Shown here: positions 17,761 to 26,628 of the stretch, piece by piece | How the letters are laid out: every line of letters starts with the position of its first letter | How positions within the stretch are numbered: the first letter of the stretch is position 1 | Assembly: GCA_035318745.1 (NCBI GenBank) | Contig: DATHEA010000005.1 | Span: 88,090-152,089 of the forward strand | DNA: 64,000 nt | Source: Solirubrobacterales bacterium | GTDB lineage: Bacteria > Actinomycetota > Thermoleophilia > Solirubrobacterales > 70-9 | Direction of reading: 5' to 3' | Notes under the pieces: model-generated | Database searches by the model: none | Told to the model about the DNA's origin: nothing | Seen by the model: only the letters and a program-made list of their open reading frames with translations | Program-made: the position numbers and the translations under genes

Positions 17761-18135
17761 ATGCAGAACTGGGATCTGAAGGCCATCGAGGGGGAGCCGC
17801 ACCAACCGCGGATCCTCGCCTCGGCCGACGATGCACGGACGATCGTTCTCCTTCTCCCAGCCGGCGAGGAGCTGCAGGAGCATGAGGTGCACGAGCGGGC
17901 GCGGCTTGCCGTCATCGAGGGAGAGGTCGAGGTCACCACGCTCGCCGGAGAGCGCGCCACGGCAAGCGCCGGGCACCTCTTCGAGTTCGACCCCGGCGAG
18001 CGTCACACGGTTGCCGCGCGGTCCGATGCCCGCCTGCTGCTGATCCTCACCCCGTGGCCGGGCGACGGACATCCGGGGGCGCTGACGCTCGAGCAGAAGG
18101 CCGATGTTCGAGAGCGCGCCGCCCGACACCCTTAG
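17761..18135 (+). CDS. cupin domain protein
   Basis: The ATG at 17761 gives 124 aa with a beta-rich cupin-like core (LLLPAGEELQEHEVHERARLAVIEGEVEV...GHLFEFDPGERHTVAA). The upstream part of track ORF 17614 overlaps the 2TM gene. Confidence 0.55.
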   Translation: MQNWDLKAIEGEPHQPRILASADDARTIVLLLPAGEELQEHEVHERARLAVIEGEVEVTTLAGERATASAGHLFEFDPGERHTVAARSDARLLLILTPWPGDGHPGALTLEQKADVRERAARHP

Positions 18136-18197
18136 GCCTAATCACGGAAGACCGCGCAACCGCCGGGCGGGCCTCGACGGCAGGAAAGTGGGTGGCG

Positions 18198-20045
18198 CTA
18201 CGCGACTTTCTCCGCCGCGGAAACGATGCTCGCGGCGTCGATGCCGGCCGCGCCGAGGAGTGCCTCGGGGGGGCCGCTGCTGGGACGACCGGTGACGGCT
18301 AGACGCACCAGCGGGGTGCTTGCGGCGGCTTCGGCGAGGACTCCGGCGATGGTCTCGCCGATTCCCCCCTCGGCCCAGTGGTCCTCGACAGTGATGAGTG
18401 CCTTGGTCTCCCTCGCCGCGGCGAGGATGGCGTCGGCGTCCACCGGCTTGACCGAGTAGAGGTCGATCACACGCGCCGTGACTCCGCGGCCGGCGAGCTC
18501 CTCGGCGGCGGCGAGGCATTCGCGCAGGGTGATCCCGGCACCGATCAGGGTGATCTGGTCTGCATCGCTGGAGCGCACCGTGCGGCTGCCGCCGATCTCG
18601 AAGCTCTCGCCCGCCTCGTAGAGCACCGGCGTCGCCTCGCGGGTCGTCCGCATATAGCTGATGCCGCGGTGCTCGCGCATGGCGTCGAGCAGCTGCACCG
18701 CTTGGTTGGCGTCGCTCGGGTAGAGCACCACGCTGTCGAAGACCGCACGCAGCGAGGCGATGTCTTCGAGCGCCATCTGCGAGGGCCCGTCGGGGCCGAT
18801 CGAGACGCCGACGTGGGAGCCGCAGAGCTTCAGGTCGGCATTGGATATCGCCGCCATGCGGACGAAGTCATAGGCGCGGCTGAGGAAGGCGCCGAAGGAC
18901 GAGGCGAACGGCTTCCAGCCGCGCGTCTGCAGGCCGACCGCGGCGGCGACCATCTGCTGCTCGGCGATGTACATCTCGAAGAAGCGGTCCGGATGCTTGG
19001 CGGCGAAACGTTCGGCGTAGGTCGAGTTGCCGACCTCGCCGTCGAGCGCGACGACCTTCTCGTCGATCGAGCCGATCCAGGCAAGGGCGTCGCCGTAGGC
19101 GCCGCGCGTCGCCACCTTCTCGCCGACCTCGTAGGTCGGTTTCGCGACCGGCACCCGCGCGATCTCATATGGCTGCTCCTGCGGGGGCGAGTGCACCTCG
19201 ACCCGCAGAGCGCGGATGCCACCCAGCTCCTCGACCGCCCCCTCGGGGTCCGCCAGGGGCTTGCCGTGCTGGTTCGGCTGGTCCTCGACCGCCGCCACCC
19301 CGGAGCCCTTCTTGGTGCGGGCGAAGATCACCGCTGGAACGCCGGCGGCGAGCGCCTGCGCGTAGGCCGCATCGATCGCCTCCAAGTCGTGCCCGTCGAT
19401 CTCCTGCACGTCCCAGCCGCAGGCCGCGGCGCGTGCCGCCAAGGAGGAGGTGTCCCACTCGTGCATCGTCGGACCCCGCTGACCGAGCCGGTTGACGTCG
19501 ACGATCGCGATCATGTTGTCGAGGCTGGCAACGCCGGCGTGCTCGAACGCCTCCCACATCGAGCCCTCGGCCAGCTCGGAATCGCCGCAGAGCACCCAGA
19601 CGCGAAAGTCCGCTGACTCGAGCCGCTTGCCGGCCAGCGCGATCCCGACCGAGATCGGCAGGCCCTGGCCCAGCGAGCCGGTCGCCACGTCGACCCAAGG
19701 GATTTCCGGCGTCGGGTGGCCCTGCAGGCGCGAGCCGAACTCGCGGAAGGTGAGCAGCTCCTCGTCCTCGATCGCGCCGGCCATCTTGTACATGCCGTAG
19801 AGCAGCGGCGAGGCGTGGCCCTTGGAGAAGACGAGGTGGTCGTTCGCCCGGTTCTCGGGCGCCGAGAAGTCGTAACGCAGATAGCGCGTCAGCAGGACCG
19901 CCATCAGGTCGGCGGCCGACATCGAGGAGGTCGGGTGACCGGAATTGGCAGCCGCCGCGGCGCGAACCGAATCGACACGCAACTGCTGCGCGAGCTCGTG
20001 CAGCTGCTCGCGATCGATGGGGTCCGCGGACGTCACCTGGGCCAT
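18198..20045 (-). CDS. tkt: transketolase
   Basis: From MAQVTSADPIDREQLHELAQQLRVDSVRAAAAANSGHPTSS, with the ThDP motif CGDSELAEGSMWEA and pyrimidine-binding and C-terminal domains. The Arg-rich 150-aa upstream extension of the track ORF overlaps nadA and is rejected. Confidence 0.9.
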   Translation of the reverse strand: MAQVTSADPIDREQLHELAQQLRVDSVRAAAAANSGHPTSSMSAADLMAVLLTRYLRYDFSAPENRANDHLVFSKGHASPLLYGMYKMAGAIEDEELLTFREFGSRLQGHPTPEIPWVDVATGSLGQGLPISVGIALAGKRLESADFRVWVLCGDSELAEGSMWEAFEHAGVASLDNMIAIVDVNRLGQRGPTMHEWDTSSLAARAAACGWDVQEIDGHDLEAIDAAYAQALAAGVPAVIFARTKKGSGVAAVEDQPNQHGKPLADPEGAVEELGGIRALRVEVHSPPQEQPYEIARVPVAKPTYEVGEKVATRGAYGDALAWIGSIDEKVVALDGEVGNSTYAERFAAKHPDRFFEMYIAEQQMVAAAVGLQTRGWKPFASSFGAFLSRAYDFVRMAAISNADLKLCGSHVGVSIGPDGPSQMALEDIASLRAVFDSVVLYPSDANQAVQLLDAMREHRGISYMRTTREATPVLYEAGESFEIGGSRTVRSSDADQITLIGAGITLRECLAAAEELAGRGVTARVIDLYSVKPVDADAILAAARETKALITVEDHWAEGGIGETIAGVLAEAAASTPLVRLAVTGRPSSGPPEALLGAAGIDAASIVSAAEKVA

Positions 20046-20065
20046 GTGCCGGACTTTATCTGGCG

Positions 20066-21094
20066 CTATCCGATCGCGACCATGCGCTCGATCGGCAGCC
20101 GTGCCCGCGCGGCGATCTCGGCCGGGACGCTGACCTCGAACTTCATCTCGCGCAGGGCGTCGCGCAGCTTCGGCAGCGTGATCATCTTCATGTACTTGCA
20201 GTAGGCCATCCGGTTCGCCTCGATCAGGCTCGCCCCCGGAGCGGCCTGCTGGAGCGGATGCAGCATGCCGTTCTCGGTGGCGACGATGTACTCGCCGTCG
20301 GGTCGCTTCTGCACGTAGTCGAGCATCTGCCCGGTGGAGAGCATGTGCACGCCCTCCTCGTCGACTTCGCCGGCGGCGACGAACTCCATCACCTGGGTCA
20401 CGCAGCCGCACTCGGGGTGGACGAGGAACTCGGCGTCGGGGTGGGCGGCTCGCTGCGTCCTGATGTCGTCGGGCCGGATGCCGGCGTGGACGTGGCACTC
20501 ACCGGGCCAGACGTGCATCGAGCGACCGGTCTCGCGCTCGACGTAGGAACCCAGCCACATGTCGGGGCCGAAGAGGATCTCGGTATCGGGGCCGTGCTCG
20601 CGCCGGATGTGCTCGACGACCTTGACCGCGTTGGAGGAGGTGCAGCAGTAGTCGGTCTCCGCCTTGACCTCGGCAGAGGTGTTGACGTACATGACGACGA
20701 CGGCATCGGGGCTGTGGCGGCCCTTCCACTCGCGCAGTTCCTCGGCGGTGATCGCGTCGGCCAGCGAGCAGCCGGCATCGAGGTCGGGGATGAGGACCGT
20801 CTTCTGCGGGGAGAGGATCGAGGCGGTCTCGGCCATGAAGTGGACGCCACAGAAGGCAATTACCGAGGCGCCCGACTCGGCCGCCTTGCGCGAGAGGCCG
20901 AGCGAGTCGCCGGTGTAGTCGGCGACGTCCTGCACCTCGGGCACCTGGTAGTTGTGGGCGAGGATGACGGCGTCGCGCTCGCGCGCCAGCTCGCGCACCT
21001 CGCGCGCCATCTCCTCGACCTCCCCTGGCGAGAGGTCGAGCATCGGAACCGGCTCGTTGATCGTCGGCAGCTCTCTCATTATGTTCGCTGGCAT
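20066..21094 (-). CDS. nadA: quinolinate synthase
   Basis: 342 aa. ILAHNYQVPEVQDVADYTGDSL...VHFMAETA...CCTSSNAVKVV...HPECG is canonical NadA. Confidence 0.92.
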   Translation of the reverse strand: MPANIMRELPTINEPVPMLDLSPGEVEEMAREVRELARERDAVILAHNYQVPEVQDVADYTGDSLGLSRKAAESGASVIAFCGVHFMAETASILSPQKTVLIPDLDAGCSLADAITAEELREWKGRHSPDAVVVMYVNTSAEVKAETDYCCTSSNAVKVVEHIRREHGPDTEILFGPDMWLGSYVERETGRSMHVWPGECHVHAGIRPDDIRTQRAAHPDAEFLVHPECGCVTQVMEFVAAGEVDEEGVHMLSTGQMLDYVQKRPDGEYIVATENGMLHPLQQAAPGASLIEANRMAYCKYMKMITLPKLRDALREMKFEVSVPAEIAARARLPIERMVAIG

Positions 21095-21147
21095 GGCCTA
21101 GGCCTGAGTCCAGTCGAATGAACTAGCCGGAAGTCTACTCTCTCGGC

Positions 21148-21993
21148 ATGCCCGAGCTGCCGGAGGTCGAGATCACCGTACGGCGGCTCGACGCCGCGTT
21201 GCGGGGAGCTTCCGTGGAATCGGCGCTGGCCCCTGGGATGAACGTGATGAAGACCTTCGACCCGCCGCTCGAAAAGCTGATCGAGCGCGAGATAACGGCG
21301 ATCCGGCGCGTCGGCAAGATGCCGGTCGTCGAGTTCGGCGACCTGGCGCTCCTCATCCACCTGATGTCGGCCGGCAGGTTGCGCGTCTTCGACAAACGGG
21401 CCTCGCCCAAAGACCGCGCCTCGCGGGTGCTCGTCGGGATCGAGGACGGGCGCGAGCTGCGGCTGCGCGAGTTCGGCACCAAGCAGCGCGCCTGGGCCAA
21501 GCTGCTGGCAGCCGACGCCGTCGAAGCGGACGAAGCCGTCGCCACGCTCGGGCCCGAAGCCTGGCCGCCGCCCCCGCTCGATGCCTTCGCCGCGGCGATC
21601 GGCCGGCCCCGGCACCTGCACCCGCTGCTCCGCCATCAACGTGACATCGCCGGCATCGGCCGTTCCTGGGTCGACGAGATCCTCTGGGAGGCCCGCCTCT
21701 CCCCCTTCAAACAGGGTTCCGAGCTGGATCGGGGGGAGGTAGAGCGACTGCACGCCGCGCTGCACGTGCTCGGCGACGCGATCGCTCATTACGAGGAGAC
21801 GGTTGGCGAGGAGCTACCCGACAAACTGCCGATGCCGCTGCGGATCCACAAGCGCGAGGGCGAGCCCTGTCCGCGCTGCGGGACGACGATCGAGGCCGTC
21901 TTCTTCGCCGAGCACCAGACCAACTACTGCCCAAAGGAGCAGACCGGCGGCCGCGTGCTCAAAGACCGCCGCCTCTCCCGCCTGCTCAAGTGA
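21148..21993 (+). CDS. mutM: formamidopyrimidine/Nei-type DNA glycosylase
   Basis: N-terminal catalytic MPELPEVE and C-terminal zinc finger CPRCGTTIEAVFFAEHQTNYCPKEQ. Confidence 0.88.
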   Translation: MPELPEVEITVRRLDAALRGASVESALAPGMNVMKTFDPPLEKLIEREITAIRRVGKMPVVEFGDLALLIHLMSAGRLRVFDKRASPKDRASRVLVGIEDGRELRLREFGTKQRAWAKLLAADAVEADEAVATLGPEAWPPPPLDAFAAAIGRPRHLHPLLRHQRDIAGIGRSWVDEILWEARLSPFKQGSELDRGEVERLHAALHVLGDAIAHYEETVGEELPDKLPMPLRIHKREGEPCPRCGTTIEAVFFAEHQTNYCPKEQTGGRVLKDRRLSRLLK

Positions 21994-21998
21994 AGCAG

Positions 21999-22100
21999 GG
22001 AGGACGGGTGCCCCTCCGCCGGAACCCGCCGCCGACAGCTTGCCCAGGGCGCCCTCGCCTTGCGGGCTCACAAGTTCCGTCGGAGGGGCACCCGTCCTCC
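21999..22100 (+). repeat. Family-1 structured palindromic intergenic element, copy C
   Basis: ggaggacgggtgcccctccg (21999-22018) is the exact reverse complement of 22081-22100. Core is ggaacccgcc...gcgggctcacaagttcc. It fills the gap between the convergent fpg stop (21991-93) and nadC stop (22101-03). Confidence 0.88.
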
Positions 22101-22943
22101 TCATGCCGGTTCGATCAGCATGCTGAAGTCAAGCGTCGGCGCGGAGTGCGTCAGCGCCCCAACCGAGATGTAGTCGACGCCCGTTTCTGCAATCCCACGC
22201 ACGGTCTCCAAGCTGACGCCGCCGGAGGCCTCCAGCGGCGGGCCGTTGGCGCTGCGCTCGGCATCGCGCAGGGCGACCGCTTCGCGCAGCTCCTCCAGGG
22301 TCATGTTGTCGAGCAGCAGTCGGTCGGCGCCGGTGCCCAACGCGTAGCCAGACTCCAGGACGGTGCGGCACTCGACCTCGACCGGCAGATCCGGACGCGC
22401 GTTGCGCGCGGCGTAGACGGCCTTGGCGAGACTTCCCGCCAGGGCGATGTGGTTCTCCTTGATCAGGATCGCGTCGTAGAGCCCCATGCGGTGGTTCTTG
22501 CCCCCACCGGCGGCCACCGCCGCCTTCTCCAGAGCCCGCAGCCCCGGGGTCGTCTTGCGCGTGTCGAGGATGACGGCACCGGTTCCGGCGACCGCCTCGA
22601 CGTAACGCGCCGTAAGGGTGGCGATGCCAGAGAGGTGGCCGAGGAAGTTGAGTGCAGTCCGCTCGGCGGCAAGCAAGCCTACGGCTGGACCGCTGGCGAG
22701 CAACACCTCAGCTGGCACGTCCTCACGCCACTGCCCCTCGACAACCAGATTGTCGATGTCCTCCACCCCGCACTGGCGCATCGTCTCGGCAACCACAGCA
22801 AGACCGAAGACAACGCCAGTCTCCTTCTGCACGATCCGTGCTCTACCACGAGCACCCTGAGGGACAGTCGCCTCCGAAGTCACATCCCCAGCTCCAAGAT
22901 CCTCGGCGAGCGTGCGGGCAACCGTCTCCTCTAGATCAACCAT
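22101..22943 (-). CDS. nadC: nicotinate-nucleotide pyrophosphorylase (carboxylating)
   Basis: From the ATG at 22943, MVDLEETVARTLAEDLGAGDVTSEA...ERTALNFLGHLSGIAT...DTRKTTPGLR...LDNM...SGG is canonical NadC. The track ORF start at 23045 reads through repeat copy D. Confidence 0.9.
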   Translation of the reverse strand: MVDLEETVARTLAEDLGAGDVTSEATVPQGARGRARIVQKETGVVFGLAVVAETMRQCGVEDIDNLVVEGQWREDVPAEVLLASGPAVGLLAAERTALNFLGHLSGIATLTARYVEAVAGTGAVILDTRKTTPGLRALEKAAVAAGGGKNHRMGLYDAILIKENHIALAGSLAKAVYAARNARPDLPVEVECRTVLESGYALGTGADRLLLDNMTLEELREAVALRDAERSANGPPLEASGGVSLETVRGIAETGVDYISVGALTHSAPTLDFSMLIEPA

Positions 22944-22962
22944 CCCCGGGACCCTAGATCGG

Positions 22963-23056
22963 GAGAGAGACGGGTGCCCCTCCGACGGAACTTGTGCCCG
23001 CACCCTGGGGCAAGCTGCCAGCGGCGGGTTCCGACGGAGGGGCACCCGTCTCTCTC
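22963..23056 (-). repeat. Family-1 structured palindromic intergenic element, copy D (inverted relative to the others)
   Basis: gagagagacgggtgcccctccg (22963-22984) is the exact reverse complement of 23035-23056. The core reads ggaacttgtgcccgc...gcggcgggttcc, which is the reverse complement of the family core. Confidence 0.88.
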
Positions 23057-23090
23057 ACACCCAGCCCCTCCGAAGCGTTTAATCCCACAG

Positions 23091-23558
23091 GTGACCGCAT
23101 TGCCTCCCTTCCAGGCTCTCCTAGACGAGCACGCCGCCGACGTGATGGCGGTGCTGCGCGGCGCGGTTGGCCGCGCCGACGCCGAGGACTGTTTCCAGGA
23201 GACCTTCCTGGCTGCCCTGCGCGCCTACCCGATGCTGAGCGACGACGGCAACTTGCGCGGCTGGCTGCTGACCATCGCTTACCGCAAGGCGATCGACCAC
23301 CACCGCGCCAACGGACGCCGGCCAACCCCGATCGCCGAGCCAGACGAGATGGCGGGCGTGACCACGGAGCCCGAGCCGGACGACGGGATTTGGGCGCTGG
23401 TCGGAGCGCTGCCGCCGAAACAACGTGCCGCGGTGGCCCTGCGCTACGCCTGCGACCTCCCCCACGCTGAGATCGCGGCGGCGTTGGGCTGCTCCCCCGA
23501 TGCAGCGCGACGCAGCCTCCACGAGGGAATCAAGCGATTGAGAAAGGAGCTGGCATGA
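23091..23558 (+). CDS. ECF-type sigma-70 family RNA polymerase sigma factor
   Basis: GTG start at 23091. Region 2 AEDCFQETFLAALRAYP...RGWLLTIAYRKAIDHHR and region 4 LPPKQRAAVALRYACDLPHAEIAAALGCSPDAARRSLHEGIKRLR. Confidence 0.85.
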   Translation: MTALPPFQALLDEHAADVMAVLRGAVGRADAEDCFQETFLAALRAYPMLSDDGNLRGWLLTIAYRKAIDHHRANGRRPTPIAEPDEMAGVTTEPEPDDGIWALVGALPPKQRAAVALRYACDLPHAEIAAALGCSPDAARRSLHEGIKRLRKELA

Positions 23559-24112
23559 AGGCAAGCCTTGAACATCTCACCGAGCGGGCGGCCGCCGAGG
23601 GCCTGCTCGACGTCGCCTACGCCACCGCCGACTCCCCGTTCGGATCCCTGCTCCTCGCCACCACTCCCAAGGGACTGGTCAAGGTCGGCCTGCCGGACTA
23701 CGATTCCGAGGAGACGCTGGAGGACCTGGCGGCGCGGGTCTCGCCCCGGGTATTGGAGGCTCCGGCCCGCCTCGACGATGCCCGCCGCCAACTCGACCTC
23801 TACTTCGAGGGCCGTCTGCACGAGTTCGACCTGCCGCTCGACTGGCAGTTGAGCAGGGGCTTCCGCCGGCGCGCTTTGCGAGCGATCGATCGCATCCCCT
23901 ACGGCAGGACCCGTAACTACACCGAGATAGCCCGCAGTGCCGGCAACGAGCGAGCGGTGCGCGCGGCGGGCACGGCCTGCGGCTCCAATCCGATCCCGAT
24001 CGTCGTCCCCTGCCACCGGGTCCTGCGCAGCAGCGGAGGGCTGGGTGGATATGGCGGTGGACTACCGATGAAGGAAGCCCTGCTCGAGTTGGAGCGCGCG
24101 GAAATACACTGA
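23555..24112 (+). CDS. ogt: methylated-DNA--protein-cysteine S-methyltransferase (Ogt/Ada C-terminal type)
   Basis: Active site IPIVVPCHRV with upstream IPYGRTRNYTEIA and NPIPI. The ATGA start/stop overlaps the sigma gene. Confidence 0.85.
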   Translation: MKASLEHLTERAAAEGLLDVAYATADSPFGSLLLATTPKGLVKVGLPDYDSEETLEDLAARVSPRVLEAPARLDDARRQLDLYFEGRLHEFDLPLDWQLSRGFRRRALRAIDRIPYGRTRNYTEIARSAGNERAVRAAGTACGSNPIPIVVPCHRVLRSSGGLGGYGGGLPMKEALLELERAEIH

Positions 24113-24142
24113 TTTCGTTAAAGGGGGCGCCATGGCAAGCCG

Positions 24143-24820
24143 ATGGATGCCCCCATGCCAAGCAAGCTTCAACTACTCGCCGTCCCGCTCGTCCTGGCGA
24201 TCCTCCTGTTCGCTGTGAGCGCGGCACATGCGGTTCCCGTGACTCCCAGCGTCACGCCGCTCGCCTTCGAAGAAGAATTCGCAGCTGAAGAAGGCGAAGG
24301 CGAGGAAGGCGAAGGCGAACTCGAAGCAGCCGACTGCGAAGAAGCCGAAGAAGAATTCGACGAAGGCGAACTCAGCGGAGCCGAAGTCAAGGAAATCTGC
24401 GACGAAGCGGCGGCCGAAAGCAGGATGAAGGCCGCCGGGACCGGCGCAGTCGCGCCCGAGGAGTGCATCCTGCGTAGCGCCCACGCAAACGCCGTCACCG
24501 ACGCAGATAGCAACAAGCTGAAGCTGACCGTCGGCTACACCACCTACGAGCCGGCCACGGCGACGCTCGACTACAGCCTCGTCGGCAGCAAGGGATCGCT
24601 CCATATGAAAACGGCCAAGCGCCAGCTCGGCCGGAGCGGCGTGATCCGTCTGACCGCCGCGCTGGCCGATCCGGAGATGGACAAGGCCGACGCGGCCAGG
24701 CACTTCGTCGTCAGGCTGCACGTCACGGGATCGCCCAGCAGCTGCCAGCGCTTCGAGACCGAGCAGCTGAGCGTCAAGCGCGCATCGAAGGACCAGGCCG
24801 TCTGGTCTCAGGCCAAATAG
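24143..24820 (+). CDS. secreted acidic hypothetical protein
   Basis: Signal peptide LLAVPLVLAILLFAVSAAHA and an acidic EEGEGEEGEGELE tract. No recognised family. Confidence 0.5.
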   Translation: MDAPMPSKLQLLAVPLVLAILLFAVSAAHAVPVTPSVTPLAFEEEFAAEEGEGEEGEGELEAADCEEAEEEFDEGELSGAEVKEICDEAAAESRMKAAGTGAVAPEECILRSAHANAVTDADSNKLKLTVGYTTYEPATATLDYSLVGSKGSLHMKTAKRQLGRSGVIRLTAALADPEMDKADAARHFVVRLHVTGSPSSCQRFETEQLSVKRASKDQAVWSQAK

Positions 24821-25461
24821 ATCTCCTCCAGCCACCCCTCGGCAGCCGCCAGCTGCGAGCGGTCGATCTGGTGCCCGCCGTCCGACTCGCGGTACTCGAC
24901 TTCGAGCCCAGCGGCCTCGAGCAGGTCTCTGGCGCGGCGGCCGAAGCCGACCTCTATCACCGGATCGGCACGGCCATGAGCGATGAATGCCTGGGTCTCC
25001 CGGCGGTCGTCCAGCTCTGGCTCCCAACCTTCGACGACAGGGACGAAGCCGCTGAAGGCCAAGATTCCGGCCACCGGCGGCCGGTCGGCGCCTAGGGCCG
25101 TCGCGTAGCTCATCACCGCCCCCATCGAGAAGCCGCCCAAGACGGTGTCGGCAGGCTTGAGACCGGTCTCCTCCCAGAGGCGGTCGTGGAGCTCGGCGAG
25201 GGCACCGCGGGCGGCTTGGAAGGTGTCGGGGTCGGGATAGCCGACCCGCGGGACCAGATACCAGTGATAACCCGAGGAGGCGGGCAACGTCAACGGTGCA
25301 CGCGGCGTGGAGACGTGCAACCGCCGCTTGGGATCGAGCGCGTCCGCCAGGCCGAGCAGATCGCGCTCGTCGGTCCCGCGCCCGTGGTGGAGGACGAGAA
25401 GGCCCTCGGGCCGGTCCGCGGCCGGTCGCTCGAGATACGTCAGCGGCTTGCTCGGGGGCAT
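24808..25461 (-). CDS. alpha/beta hydrolase (phospholipase/carboxylesterase family)
   Basis: Nucleophile elbow GFSMGA and LVLHHGRGTDERDL, plus a C-terminal His region. 217 aa. Confidence 0.7.
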   Translation of the reverse strand: MPPSKPLTYLERPAADRPEGLLVLHHGRGTDERDLLGLADALDPKRRLHVSTPRAPLTLPASSGYHWYLVPRVGYPDPDTFQAARGALAELHDRLWEETGLKPADTVLGGFSMGAVMSYATALGADRPPVAGILAFSGFVPVVEGWEPELDDRRETQAFIAHGRADPVIEVGFGRRARDLLEAAGLEVEYRESDGGHQIDRSQLAAAEGWLEEIYLA

Positions 25462-25466
25462 CGCGC

Positions 25467-26586
25467 CTAGCTGGCTGAGGAGGCCGCGGTCTTGTTCAGG
25501 TAGTCGCGGATGAAGTCGTCGATGTCGCCGTCGAGCACCCGCTGGGCATCGCCAATCTCATGGCCCGTGCGATGGTCTTTCACCCGCTGGTCAGGGTGCA
25601 GGAAGTAGCTGCGAATCTGCGATCCCCAGGCGACTTCCTTGACCTCGCCGCGCTCCTTGGCCAGCGTCTCCGCCCGTTTGCGCTCCTCCAGCTCGATCAG
25701 CTTCGAGCGCAGCAGCTGCATCGCGACGGCCTTGTTCTGGGTCTGCGAGCGCTCGTTCTGGCACTGCACGACGACGCCGGTCGGCAGGTGCGTGATTCGC
25801 ACCGCCGAGTCGGTCTTATTGACGTGCTGGCCGCCCGCGCCCGATGCGCGGTAGGTGTCGACGCGCAGATCGGCGTCGTCGATCTCGACCTCGACCCCCT
25901 CGTCGACAAGCGGCCCGACGTCGACCTGGGCGAAGCTGGTGTGGCGCCGCGCCGAGGAGTCGAAGGGCGAGATCCGCACCAGCCGGTGGACACCGCGCTC
26001 GGCGGCGAACAATCCATAGGCGTTCTCGCCACGGGCGATGAAGGTCGCCGACTTGAGGCCCGCCTCCTCCCCCGGCGAGGCCTCCTTCATCTCTACCTCG
26101 AAGCCGCGACGCTCGGCCCAGCGCAGGTACATCCGCAGCAGGATCTCGGCCCAGTCCTGGGAATCGGTTCCTCCTGCACCGGCGTGAACGGTGACCACAG
26201 CATCGCCCGCGTCGTATTTCCCGCTGAACAGGCGCGCCTCTTCCAGCTCTGCCAGCCGCCTTTCGACGGATGCCATCTGCGTGCTCAGCTCGGCTGCCAT
26301 CTCCTCGTCCTCGGCCGCCATCTCGGCCAGCTCGCCAAGGTCGCCGGCTTCGGATTCCAGCTCCTCGAAAGTCTTCAGCTTGCGCTGGGCGCGGGCATGC
26401 GCTGCCGAGACACGCGCGGCCGTCTCCTGGTCGTCCCAGAAGCCGGGTCGGCCCATCTCCTCCTCCAGCCGCTCTGCTTCCTCCCGCAGCGAAGCCGGGT
26501 CAAAGGTAGTCCGAGAGCAGCTTCAACTGCTCGCGGATCTCGGCGAGCCGCGCCGGTACCGATTCGGTCGAGGCGACATCGGCCAT
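25467..26586 (-). CDS. prfB: peptide chain release factor 2, expressed through a programmed +1 frameshift
   Basis: ORF0 is ATG 26586...MADVASTESVPARLAEIREQLKLLSDYL then TGA. The +1 frame continues DPASLREEAERLEEEMGRPGFWDD into track ORF 25467..26456, which carries SPF (RISPFDS) and GGQ (SGAGGQHVNKT). Confidence 0.93.
26499..26505 (-). promoter_or_regulatory. prfB: prfB +1 ribosomal frameshift site CUU UGA C
   Basis: The minus strand reads ...GAC TAC CTT TGA CCC.... This heptamer is identical to the classical RF2 autoregulatory site, and the downstream frame is +1. Confidence 0.88.
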
Positions 26587-26628
26587 GGCGACAGCCTAGT
26601 GGGCGCGGCCCCGGAGCACTAGCCGCGC

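Noticed and set aside
20046-20498. A 150-aa upstream extension of the transketolase ORF.
   Set aside because: It overlaps nadA and is an Arg/Pro-rich non-protein-like sequence. The transketolase homology starts at MAQVTSADP (ATG at 20045).
18125-21100. Short perfect palindromes ttaggcctaa (about 18131-18140) and ggcctaggcc (about 21091-21100) as operator sites.
   Set aside because: They are single 10-bp occurrences overlapping a stop codon and a start region respectively. There is no repeated pattern and no known regulator motif to tie them to.
21990-23090. Conserved peptide-like strings (PLRRNP...SQVPSEGHP) at the ends of several track ORFs (21990.. +, 22101..23045 -, 22974.. +, 29122..30999 +, 1389..1829 -).
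   Set aside because: They are translations of the Family-1 DNA repeat read in various frames and strands. They have no consistent start or stop and are always in intergenic space next to better gene starts.
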